Translations under genes and position numbers: made by a program | Notes under the pieces: generated by a model | Told to the model about the DNA's origin: nothing | The model's database searches: none | Seen by the model: only the letters and a program-made list of their open reading frames with translations | Shown: piece after piece, positions 40,560 through 52,392 of the stretch | Layout of the letters: every line of letters starts with the position of its first letter | Numbering within the stretch: the first letter of the stretch is position 1 | From: Lingula anatina | Lineage: Eukaryota > Animalia > Brachiopoda | Reading direction: 5' to 3' | DNA length: 64,000 nucleotides | Assembly (NCBI GenBank): GCA_051362555.1 | Contig: CM120641.1 | Location: 27,472,401-27,536,400 of the forward strand

Positions 40560-40727
40560 CAGGGCCTGATTTAGGCTGTATACTGGGTCTTCCGGAAGAC
40601 GGTCAGATTTTTAAGTTTATATGACGAGTATCTAATATTTTCTGTCGGAAGACGGTCAAAAATTGGAGAATGGATTAACAAAGATAATTTGGAAGACTAT
40701 CAGAAAATATCTCTGGATCCGCTCCTG
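40560..40727. mobile_element. CAGGG...CCTG MITE with 6-bp TSD (TAAAGC)
   Basis: Closely similar to 40841-41008; TAAAGC on both flanks. Confidence 0.8.
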
Positions 40728-40840
40728 TAAAGCTTAGTTTAAGACATTGCTTGATAGGTATCTAGAGAAACCTAATGCCATTTTAACAAAAATGTTGTTT
40801 ATACATGTATTGGTATAAAAGTTACCTCAGTTGACAATCG

Positions 40841-41008
40841 CAGGGGCGGATTTAGGGCGTCTTCTGGGTCTTCCGGAAGACGGTCAGATTTTCAAGTTTA
40901 CATTGACGGGCATCTATTTTTTTCTGTCGGAAGACGGTCAAAATTGGAGGATGGATCAACAAAGATAAATTGGAAGACTGTCAGAAAATAACTCTGGATC
41001 CGCCCCTG
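40841..41008. mobile_element. CAGGGGCGGAT MITE with 5-bp TSD (AATCG)
   Basis: TIR CAGGGGCGGAT / ATCCGCCCCTG; AATCG on both flanks; internal GGAAGAC repeats. Confidence 0.85.
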
Positions 41009-42911
41009 AATCGTGACACTTCCTTAATTACACATTTGATTATACTTATATGTAGTTTCTACCATTTTACCTGTCAGGTTTGGGGTGACGCAGTTACTCA
41101 CAATTTCTATTCGCTCAGCATATCCTTGGGAGGCCTAGTAATGATGTCAAGCCACAACAAGTTCCACCACAACTGCTTCAGGTACACTGGACTGTTAACA
41201 GAAACTGTTGTTAATGCTGTATCGGAATTTACAGCCTTCTCTTAATAGACTTAACTGGGTTTAATTGGTTTTCACCTCAGATTAATGACACTTTTGCAGT
41301 ATTCCCAACCTATCAGATACATGTACCAATAGCTGTTTGATTTTCAATATAGTCCCTAATTTAATATGTGTGGTCACTTTGAGCAGTGTATCCGCTATTC
41401 AAATAAATTAGATAGACAATGCATTACTAATACCACAATACGTTTTACATGAACTGCGAAAATTTGCTGTAATCTCATTGGCCAAAGATCTTGGAGGTTT
41501 AATAAAAAAAATGATTGCATTTCCAAAATGGTTTATTTGAACAGCAGAGACATTGGTCAAAATCACCACATAAGCTTGAAAATTATTCAAGTTATAGTAG
41601 TAGTAGAAATAGCTGCAGTAGCAGTATAGTGGCAGTACTAGGTAGTATACCTAGAAGTTTGTTATACCTTTTGGTTAACGATTGTTGTATGCACCTAATA
41701 TGCTTAAAAGTAAATTTGCTCGCTGCACGTTTGTTGACCACATCGATATCAAGCTTATTTGGAAAACAGATGTTCTTAAAACGCACAATATGATTATTTG
41801 TAGAGACGCATTTGTTTGTTCACTTGTGAACTGCGGTACTAACGTCTATGCTGGGTTTGTCATCTTCTCTGTGCTTGGCTACATGGCGCACATATCTGGC
41901 AAAGAGGTGGCCGAAGTTGCCAGTCAGGGTATGTAAATATAAGGAATTGTAAGTCAGACCTTAAAACGAGACATTCGGCATAGGCTATATTACACCAACA
42001 CCGTTGACATAAACGAAAAGAAAAAATTATGAAACTAGCATAATTGTTATTATAAAGACCAAAGTGTACCCTCGCTTTGTTTATATATGTATGAGAAATA
42101 TGTATACATGGGCTGAATTTTGAATTTTCAGGCCCAGGTCTTGCCTTCATCGTGTATCCCGAAGCCATATCCCAGTTACCATTACCGACACTGTGGGCCA
42201 TTCTGTTCTTCTTCATGATGGCGCTCTTGGGATTCAGCGTACAGTTCGCTATGGTCGAGACCGTTTTGGGGAGCATAATGGACGAATATGCTCATATTCT
42301 ACGTTCTCAGAAATGGAGGGAAATAATGGCGCGGGCGGTCGGGTGCGGAGTGTGTTTTTTGCTCGGCCTGCCAATGTGCGCAAGGGTGGGTGCTTTGCAA
42401 GGTCTCGTCCTCACTTCTGTCTCTTTTTGAATTATTTTCGCATTTGAGTCTTTTAAAAATTTAATATTGTTTATTAGTCTATTGGATGTAATGAAAATTG
42501 TAAAGTTATTTGTGTTGTTGATGGGAAAAGTGGGCGAACTGTTCTAGTCATGAAGAGCCCCACGTGTTATACAGGGTTTTGTTTATCTACTATCGCCGTT
42601 GAAATATCTACATGTAGCTTTACATGGGAATAGCAAATCGCCACATTCACTTTCAATCACGTACGGTTTCAGGGGGGTCATTATTTGTAAGACCTGATGG
42701 ATCACAGTGTCGGAGGGTTCCCGTTGCTGTTTATTAGCTTACTCGAATTGATTGTTTTGCAGTGGGTGTATGGTAAGTGAGGGCTATTTTTTTTATCATT
42801 TTACTCTATTATCTGTGCATAGTCTGTGCCTTTTTTATCGTCAAATTTTGACGCATGTATATTGATAATTTCAAGCAAAAGGTAAATAATTTACTTTTAA
42901 CAGGTAGCTAG

Positions 42912-42913
<2 letters not shown>

Positions 42914-42968
<55 letters not shown>

Positions 42969-42982
42969 CCCTATATATATAT
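42914..42982. repeat. (TA)n microsatellite
   Basis: Directly visible. Confidence 0.95.
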
Positions 42983-45099
42983 AAATCGACACATAGGAAG
43001 TGGAGTTAAAACCATAAAACGAACACAAAAGTTGATGGCATATTTTAACATGCAATTGTTCTTTTTATCGTGACTTTTTCACTCCAGGATGGTCCCGCTT
43101 TTCTGAAGACGTGAAAATAATGCTTGGCAAGAAGCCTGGCATCTACTTTCGGATCATGTGGCGTTATATAACTCCACTTCTTTTGTTGGTATGTAACTAT
43201 TGAAAGTATACCTTTAGTTTGTGGGGTAAATTGTGTTTTTATAATGTAAATTATTGCAACGATTTCAGTTTCAATGTTTCCTTCTTTCTTATTTTTTATT
43301 AGTATTTTTAAACTTAATTTTATTTATTTATTTATTTACTTATTTATTTATTTATTTATTTATTTGGTCGAAAAGCTTATCTTACTTCTCATTGCATTCT
43401 TTTTCAGGCTGTCATTGTATTTAAATTCGTTCAGCTGCAGACACACAATCATGAGGTGAATCCTCTGCCTGTCTGGGCTCAGGTCCTGGGGTGGATGATT
43501 CAGTTGATCCCCATCGCCCTCATCCCTGCCTTGTTCCTGGGCAGATACTGCTACGACGGCGGCTTCAAGGTTTGTGGAATTTATAGCTCAGCTCTTAAGG
43601 TTCCACCGCTAAAACTAAAAAGAATTACATTTTAAATAAGTTAATATTCATTAATTCATTTATCGTCGTATCGCGTGAGAAAGCACATAATCATATGTAC
43701 TTTGCATGCAACTACTTTGAATTTTAGGTAAAGTATCCGGTAGTATGTTTGCAAGTATTGTGTTTATGTCAGGTCAAATATTCAAATGTGTAAACTGATC
43801 AAATTGTTTCCATATATAAATACGACATATAGTTACATTATGTGTGCATATGTCTTTTAGGCCTTAAAGAGAGCTGGATCACCGCAAGCTGACTGGGGAC
43901 CTGCAAGAGCAGAAAACCGCGCCGGGACAATCTACGACACGGATTCCAAGGCAGAAACTCTCTAAGTCCAACACCGCCTATGCATTCTAGTATATGTCAG
44001 CCAAAAAACTGTTGAATGTGTACATGTTTTACGTCGTTGTTGCTTCAGAGGGTCGGCGCATCGTTTTTAATGTTCGGTAATTCTCGGACAAACTCGCCGT
44101 TATGTACACGTATTAAATTAGAGTGGTTCAGATATCCCTGTGCGACTATGCTAAAAACTGTGTTCCGCTTATAAAAGACAAGGTCAAAGTCTGCGTTAAC
44201 GTGTCATTTTTATGCGAGAAAAATTCCGAACACAATAATGTCGTCCACACACTTGTTTTTCGCAACTGTTAATAGTTTTTCGAGGGCATGTTTTATTTAG
44301 ATATTCACACTAGTCTTTTCCTATAAATATGGAATACCTCTTGCATTAATCATGCTGCAAATGAAACTCTTTTGTATATATAGATCAATAACAAGCTGAG
44401 GAAAATACGCACAGTTATATATACATAATAGTTTTAAATCCATCGATCCCTGAATGGATTACAACGTACACGTGGTTGTAAATGCGTGATTTGGCCATTC
44501 CAAGGCGTTTTATGATATCATTGCAAATTACAAAAACTGACATTTATCGAATGTATTTTTCTACACATAGGAATCACAGTTTGTAAGCTGCAGTCCATTA
44601 GTCACCAAAAGTGAATTTTGTTAATTTGGGAAAATGTCAGTTAGATGTCCGTTTTCCTTTTAATTTTTGTGGCTTTAAGAAATTCCCCAATTCTTCACCC
44701 CCAAGTGAACAAAATGAAATGCACATTCAATTTTGCATGGATCAACTTCTTGATATTTTTGTCCAGGGAAGCACAACCAAGCATAATGAACGTAACAATC
44801 AGCCTATTATAAAAAGGGTCATTTATAGAATTGTTCTCATATGAACTTTTGAAATTCAAAATATTGATTTTGTTCATGCATTTTTTAAATATTACATTCT
44901 GTTATAAAGGATAACTAAGAAAAATATTGTCTTTGTTGTTTGTTTTCGCATGTGGGTAATGTAATTGCACGGCCTTTGACGGATCAGGAGGGACTAGGAT
45001 TATAAATGTAGATCTCGAAGGTCAAACAACCTTTCATTAGGTCTTTGCGCTCACTTCATTTGGTATTTTACATGTGCGTTAAACTATACAAGTAGGCCA

Positions 45100-45101
<2 letters not shown>

Positions 45102-45178
<77 letters not shown>
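45102..45178. repeat. (TA)n microsatellite upstream of SOD copy 3
   Basis: Directly visible. Confidence 0.95.
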
Positions 45179-45182
<4 letters not shown>

Positions 45183-45581
45183 GATAAGAGGAGACTAGAA
45201 TGCGAGAGAGAGAAGGTTATCTCATTTTGAAATTATAAATGCATTAACTCCTACCAACCAAACTCAGCAACCGACGCAGCAAACAAACACAATTACTTAT
45301 GACACATCTACTGCAATGACAGGAGCGTTCCGGCTGTTTTACTAAAATAAAGTTTTTTTATTAAAATTACAATGATTCGCCTTTTACCAGGTCGTTGAGT
45401 CCACAAAAATCTTCAAACCTAATTGTATATCGTTACAAATTAGCCAAATGACGGAAAGAATTTTCAACAAACCACACCTAGTATAATTATATCAATCATT
45501 TAGACCTTCAACTAACCTGCAAGACCTGCAGTCGAGGAAGTAAACTTCCGGTTACGCATGCATGTGCCGCAACAACAAGTC

Positions 45582-48446
45582 ATGGAGATTGCCAAGGTTT
45601 TGTGCTTATTAACGATGGTTTTGTCGTCTAATCGGTTTGTTGCTTCATGGCCGTATGATGACAGCGCTTTCTCAAAAGACACCTACCTGTTACCAGCACT
45701 GCCATATGGCTATGGTGATCTTGAGCCGCACATGGACGAAGCAACGGTGAAGGCAAGTGAAATGAAATAGGGGCCTACTGCAGTGTACTACAACCCAGGG
45801 ATAAGTTTAACTTATTTAGCACTATGGGCACACTGGCCAGCAAGTAGAAATAGGTATTATTACTACCAGTTTAATTTTTGGCGTACATGTGCCTCCCCCG
45901 TCGTTTGAGTAAAACTTTAAAATCAGCATACATGTACCAGATTTTATACGTACTAGTACATGAACTATTACACGTACTGGGTATATATCGAAACTGAAAG
46001 CGAAACTTAACTGGAGATTTTCCACGTATATCTGGTACATGTATATATGACTAATGCAGTTGTCATTCGATATCAAAACCTGTTTGTCATATCTTTTTAT
46101 TTGATTAATTCATTAACATTTTATTTTTTTTATTTGTAATGAATTTTATTGCTTGATTAATTCATTAATATTTTATGTATCTACCCAGTATTTTTAATGA
46201 ATGGAAAAGCACCAAATGAATGATATGGCTTAATATTTTGTTGTGTGTTGCCTTTTAACTTTATATTGGGTACATGCATAAACATGATTTAAGTAACATA
46301 TTTATCATACATTTATAATCTACTACCCAGTGGTACCAACACTATAAGTCCTTGTACTGAGTACACTGGTATATTCAGATTAACACAACCCTGTATAATT
46401 TCCATGATTTTTTTTTCTTTATTTATTTATTTCAAATACTAGCTTGCTTACATTAAAAGATGAGCAAGGTAATTTTTTTTTTCTTTTTTTTTTTTTGGGG
46501 GGGGGGGGGATAGTGACCAATGAACCTCATTTACTCAGTTTTGTCATTAATGTTTTTATTAATGATGAATTTTTAATATGCCAGTATCTTTTTTTAGGTT
46601 CACCATCAGGGGCATCATGCAGCTTACACAGCCAAGATGAATGCTGCATTAAAACAATGGAGAAGTGAGGTATTACATGTACAGTTTTTACATGTACATA
46701 CTAACAGTGGTATAGGGTTAATTACTTGTATTTGGATACAATAAGGTAGTAAATTCAGTTCATACCACTGCATATATACAGGTACTTACTATGTACAATT
46801 AGAATATAACTGATATTTGTGCAATTTCCCCCAGTCTGTAAATCTAAATCTGTTTTTTTTTTTTTTTTTTTATGCAGTGGACTCTATGAATCTTTTATGC
46901 CACATATGCTCCAAGCATGGAACACAAAGCAATTCTATCATGTGTTGTTTATGCACAATTTTGGGCTTAAACTTTAGTCCACTCTATGATGTTGTTTTTC
47001 CAAGTATGTCTTGGGTGTCTGCATCTCCATTTCTGCTGGTGCCAGCTTGGAGAATATGTGGTTGTTTATGCCCAAATAATGAATTTTTTTCTCTTTTTTT
47101 TTATAGGCTGAGGGAGACAAATTTGCCAATAGTTCCATTTTAAACATTCTTCAAAAACTATCTCATGTTCCTGAAAAATATCGGATGACATTGAGAAACA
47201 ATGGAGGCGGGTAAGGCATTGCTACTTATATAATGGAGTTTGTCAAAATTAAAAAAAGGAAATTTAGTATTTTAAAAATGGTAAGTGAAATTTATTATTT
47301 AATCAGTATATTTACTTTTTATACTGGTAGCAAATAGACGTAACAATCTTTTTACTAAAAATAATAAAAAAAAAATTTCACAATGTCAGGGGCTTGATGT
47401 TTGGGATGTTTAAAATCATTATGTGAATAGTAGTATAACATGGATGAATAAGAAACAAAAAAGAATTGATTATCATAAATGTAGAATGAGGTGAACATAC
47501 TAAGCCACTTTCAAATTATTTTCTTCAGGTATTTCAACCATGCTATATACTGGGCCTGTATGTCTCCCAAGGGTGCAAGAATAAGTCCGGGTCTAGAAAA
47601 AGATATAAAAGATAATTTTGGGACATATGAAAATTTTAGAGAGCAGTTTACAGCAAAGAGCTTGTCTTTGTTTGGTTCAGGTAAGAAGTGGCAGATTTAG
47701 AGGGGGGGTCAGGGGGGTCTCCCCCTTCGATTTGTGGTCCCCTCTTAAATAAGAATTTTGACTAGCTGAATCATAGTTCTAAACCATACCAAATATCACC
47801 GTTCACCCTCTGAAATACAAAAAATTTCCTGGGCCTGCTGAAGGGCCCCGAACTCCACGGTGGGTTGGGGGGGGGGGGGGTGTGTCCATGAACCCCCCTT
47901 CAAATAATCCTGGATCCACCCCTGGGTAGGATCAGTATAAATCACTATGACTTTTGGCACATTTGAATGTGGCTAATGCTTATGCTATGAATTCAGTTTT
48001 TAATAAGGAAATTTGTTGCTTTTTCAATGGACTCTGGGAGAGTTAATACAACTAAATATGCAAAGAAGTTTTTGTCTCAGGGATATTAGGCATCTTTGTA
48101 AAATATTTCAATTCATCAATCTGACTGAAATATTTTCACATGACATGTGTAGCTGTCAAAAGAACTCAATTCATCATCTCACTGAAACATTTTTCTAGGA
48201 TATGTCTGGCTATCAAGAGATCAAGATGGTAAACTTATCATTTCCACAACAGCCAATCAGGACTCGCCTGTGACTGAGAGGCTCCACCCGATTCTGGTGA
48301 TTGACATTTGGGAGCATGCATACTACTTAAAACACCAAAACAAACGTGCAAACTTTGTGGAAGCTTGGTGGAACTTGGTTAACTGGAGAGCTGTAGAAAC
48401 ACTGGACACGTGGTGGAAGGAACGGCAGACACATGATGAGTTATAG
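45582..48446 (+). CDS. Fe/Mn superoxide dismutase (Mn-type) with signal peptide and C-terminal HDEL, copy 3, 248 aa, predicted ER-resident
   Basis: Exons 45582-45752 (GC donor; alternative upstream ATG at 45558), 46598-46669, 47107-47210, 47529-47680, 48199-48446. N-terminus MEIAKVLCLLTMVLSSNRFVAS; [37 protein letters not shown]; ends WWKERQTHDEL*. Confidence 0.94.
47686..47924. mobile_element. Degenerate CAGGGGCGGAT-type MITE at the 5' end of SOD copy 3 intron 4
   Basis: Ends AAGTGGCAGATTTAG / TGGATCCACCCCTG; flanked by GGTAAG (47680-85) and GGTAGG (47925-30). Confidence 0.7.
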
Positions 48447-48738
48447 GCCATTTCCACAACTTTTTATGTGGATGAAAAAATGGAGGATTGCAGTACCATT
48501 TATAAGCTGCCTAAAGTTGTGTTATTTTGCACTCATTTTGGAATTTTAAGTTCATGAGTTTTAATTGAGATGATATGTGATATTGCTTTATAAACTACGT
48601 TGTATTATGAATTGTGGACCTTCAACATCTCCCATCTGAAGTGCTAGTAAATGTACCGTAATATGTCAATTGAGTGACAGTATATTGTACATGTATGGTA
48701 AAAAAACCCTCCAAGATAAATTGTATCTGGAATAATTT

Positions 48739-48785
<47 letters not shown>

Positions 48786-51297
48786 TTTTCGTTTTTTTTT
48801 TTTTTTTTTGTATAAAGGATACGAATAAAAATCATGGTTTGAAATGAATTTTTAAATATCTTTCGATATTTTTCCATATCATTAAATGGGCTTTTACACT
48901 GTGGTCCTATATCAATGTGATTTAGAGCGCAACAATCACAGCGTTTTATCGCTGACACGTATTAGTACCCTGATTATAAGAACGTGCTTTGGTCAGTGAA
49001 CCTACTGCACATCTTGTAAATGTGAAAATGATAGATACATGGATTTTGTGGTCTCTTTTTACATACAGACTTTTTTGGTAACTTTAACTTTATTGTTAGC
49101 TCTATATTATAACTGCATAGATAAGAATATTGTCATTCGATACAAAGCACAGTTGAGAATTTCTCAGCATAATTAGTTTCCTGTATAGAATTTGACGTAC
49201 CTGTGCGAGAGAACTGGCCAGTAGTTGGGAATGGCAGCAGGAAATATGCCGATATGAATAATTCTATGACACCTGATACTTAGGCAAATATAATAATGGG
49301 GTTTTTAGCCCTGAACCTGAGACGTTTGTTGAAGTAAAAGGTGTAGAGAGATAACCGTTCCACTTTGCGTGATTTAATTACACTGTGCCATACAAACGGT
49401 TTAATGTTCATTTGTAAGATTGCCCTCAGTATGTCTAATTTGCCTTCGTCAGATTTACTTGACTGTCAGTTGATTAACGTATTTCGGACTCCGAAATTGA
49501 CCCTTTTCGGAAAATGGCCCATTTGCATTTTGAGATTAGCATTTGAAGAACGCGGATAATATGATAATGGTTGCGTTTTTCAGCGACGCAAGTAAATCTG
49601 GAGATATGTGAATTCCAGATGATTCGAAACATATAAAGTGTGCCTCTTCGCGATTCTCTAAATCCAGGCTTTCTTAGGGCGAGAAAATCTTACATCAAGA
49701 CGATATAAAACACAGCATTTCGTATTTTGTTAGCCTCTATAACACATCTCATACTCCGTTATTATTGGCTAATCATTTAAGTTTTGTCATGTTATGTGAA
49801 CACACGCATCTATAGTTCCAGGTCGGGTTAATACTTAGTACATAAAATCCAGTAAGTCATCCTCATTTAAACTTCTAAGGATTCTTTTGACATTTTGATA
49901 TTTTGGTACATTTTCAGTCTTGCAATGCCATTCATGGTAAATTTAACATAAGTGTAACTGCATGTACCATTGTTGAAATAATTCTTACGCGGAGACAGGA
50001 CAGAAAGTGCTGAAAACCTATCGTTTGTCCATCACATGCGTGCATTACTGTACTTTCTTGACTTACTGGTAGATGGATCATTCACAAGATGTCATCTAGC
50101 CACGCTGTGCAGTGTAATTACTGTTTAATTGTACGTGATTTTGTCCATATTACTGTTATGTTTAATTATTAGGTTAACGGCCACTTACATTGTAAATATG
50201 CTGTACGCACTTCTGTTCAAATCTCATTAACAGCTGTTTTGTTAAATCTCAATGATTCATATTTATTTACGTGCAATTTTGCTAATACAGGAGTTGCAGT
50301 GTTCCGCCAAAATAGTTATACTTAGGCATTCAACATAAATTCGTGACAGTCTTCCTTTGGGAGCTACGTAAATTACACCATATAATGCCACTGATTGAAC
50401 TCCACAACTATTGTACCTTAATTGGGTTATCGGGTGTTGTCAAAACGCGTCATTTTTATGTAAGTGCACCCTCACGACTTGAAGACGAACATTAAAACAT
50501 TAAAACCCACGTCATCTGACATTTTAGCTTTGGGGACGTACTTTTCCAATACGTCCCCAAGCTAAATCGTGCGTGTGTGAGTTGCTTTGTGGTTACGCTC
50601 ACAGCGCTATTACGCCCAGTTCAGTCAAGCATACCGCTTTTCTTTCTTTCTCATCCTTCATCTCTGTCAAGTTTAAAACTTCCAGCAGAATGATAAACTT
50701 AAATTAACCTTAAAGCTGATGCATATCCTTGCCAGCGTGTCAGAGATAGATATCAGAGAAATAATAAACCTTCAGTTATATACATAGACATACGCAGTCA
50801 TCTTAACTACAAGCTTGCCTGCAAGCACTTTTAAGTGTTATGTTAAAACATACATTGTGTGCACTGAGATCATGCTACAGTCAAGTTGCCTGCTTATTTC
50901 GTACCTGGACATGTCTGTTTTCTCACGGAAACGCTTATAACTGTTGTTTACTATTAAATGAAAATAAATCATGATTATCAGAAATTGCTTTGCACCATGG
51001 ACAAATATTTAAGAAATCAACAGCGACAAACCATTATGATTATGCCTAAATCGATATAATAGATTTCAGAGAAAGTTCTGTGCCATGACTTTCACATTAT
51101 ATTCTGAACGTCTGTGATGCAACTTCAAAAATTTAATGTATTATTTCTATAGTCTGCTGTGGTTATTATTCACCTGAATGTGACTAAAATTGAATTAAAC
51201 TTCATACAGAGTGTACAAAGCAAGATATTGTCGAAATGTCTATATCTCTGTAAAAACATATTGCGAGGAGAGCATAAAAAGGGGTAGAATTTAACAA

Positions 51298-52392
51298 TTA
51301 TTTACCACAGTTCCTAAAAGGTGTCGCTACAAAACATAAAGTAGCGGCCATTCCCCATTCACACAGTCGAAACGCCATTTGATACCCCCACCACGTCCAG
51401 GGTTCTGGGGTCTGGGTGGTCATTATACTGAAGTCACTAAATATACCCATTATATTCAAAGCTGTCACAGCGAGAAAGAAAAACGTGGCTACTAGCGTCA
51501 CTTTGACGGCAAGGACGAGTCTTTGGGGGTGTTTTTCCACTTTGTGCTCCGCACTCGCTGGGGGTGCAGGTCGGCCCTCCTCCACCACGCCCGCGCTGCC
51601 TTTGTGGGTTTGGCTGCTCAGGCGGACTATTTCATTCCGGGGCCTCGTCGTTCTCTTGTAAAGTCTTTGGAACAAAGCAATGTACGCTATTGAAAAGATC
51701 AATCCCCACAGCACGAAAACTCCTTGACATATCACCATCAGAAGCCTTGCTTTAAAGAAAACTCCAACTACCATGTCTGATATAAATGATATAGAAAAAT
51801 TAAACACCACGATGGAAACCAGCGCTGGGATGTCGTAGATGTTTTTGGAAATCGTCCTTATTTGGGTGGCCTTGAGCAGTGCAGAGAACAGAATGTAAAA
51901 TGCTGATGTGAGGGCGGGCAACGACGTACTGATTAGAAAGTACGCCACTGGTTTAGGAAATATATCCTTATGATTGTGCGCATCTACAAATAACAGTACC
52001 ATTCTTGTAACGCAGACCAGCAAGACGAGCAAGTTCAGTGCGATGAAATAACCCCGAGAAGGCAGCGAAGATAGGCGAAGAAGCTGGACGATATTTAACA
52101 GTGTTATTAACGCCAGTGCCGTGAACAAAGTCCCAAGGCCGTAGATATAAGCTGGCCAGGCTAGGCCCCATTCTGGTATAGCCGTATCCCACTTCGGTAC
52201 GGGTTCGGCGAAAGGGATGAGATCGCCCGTGGTATTCATGAGCCAGCTTTTCGGCGAGGCTAGCCACTCAGGCTCAGGCTCTGGCTCGGGTTCAGGACCG
52301 GCGTAACCAGCCGCATAGTGGTCAGTAGTTACGACTGCCGTAGTGAATGGGTAAAATGCGTGCGAACTCGCTGTGTTCTCAAGTGAGCCCAT
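51298..52392 (-). CDS. PRRT3/PRRT4-like multi-pass (about 7 TM) membrane protein, 364 aa, single coding exon
   Basis: Long clean ORF with about seven hydrophobic segments; AEPVPKW...WGLAWPAYIYGLGTLF, R..LLFVDAHN and PWTWWGYQMAFRLCE match the PRRT3/4 transmembrane core as I recall it; homologous to 54934-55974. Confidence 0.8.
   Translation of the reverse strand: MGSLENTASSHAFYPFTTAVVTTDHYAAGYAGPEPEPEPEPEWLASPKSWLMNTTGDLIPFAEPVPKWDTAIPEWGLAWPAYIYGLGTLFTALALITLLNIVQLLRLSSLPSRGYFIALNLLVLLVCVTRMVLLFVDAHNHKDIFPKPVAYFLISTSLPALTSAFYILFSALLKATQIRTISKNIYDIPALVSIVVFNFSISFISDMVVGVFFKARLLMVICQGVFVLWGLIFSIAYIALFQRLYKRTTRPRNEIVRLSSQTHKGSAGVVEEGRPAPPASAEHKVEKHPQRLVLAVKVTLVATFFFLAVTALNIMGIFSDFSIMTTQTPEPWTWWGYQMAFRLCEWGMAATLCFVATPFRNCGK

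Larger units (their letters stand above)
38462..43965 (+). pseudogene. SLC6 (Na+/Cl- neurotransmitter/amino-acid symporter family) gene with a premature stop; pseudogene or null allele
   Basis: Exons 38462-38633, 38832-38963, 39078-39233, 39504-39615, 39825-39957, 40343-40477, 41078-41181, 41804-41928, 42132-42385, 42673-42772, 43088-43188, 43408-43569, 43861-43965. Motifs [54 protein letters not shown]. In-frame TAA at 42688-42690 where the paralog has TTA. Confidence 0.85.

Noticed and set aside
42688-42690. Recoded stop (selenocysteine) in the SLC6 gene
   Set aside because: The codon is TAA, not TGA, and the paralog has Leu (TTA) at this position.
18440-48446. Bacterial contamination as the source of the SodA-like genes
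   Set aside because: The genes have spliceosomal introns, eukaryotic MITEs, an HDEL tail and are contiguous with Wnt10.
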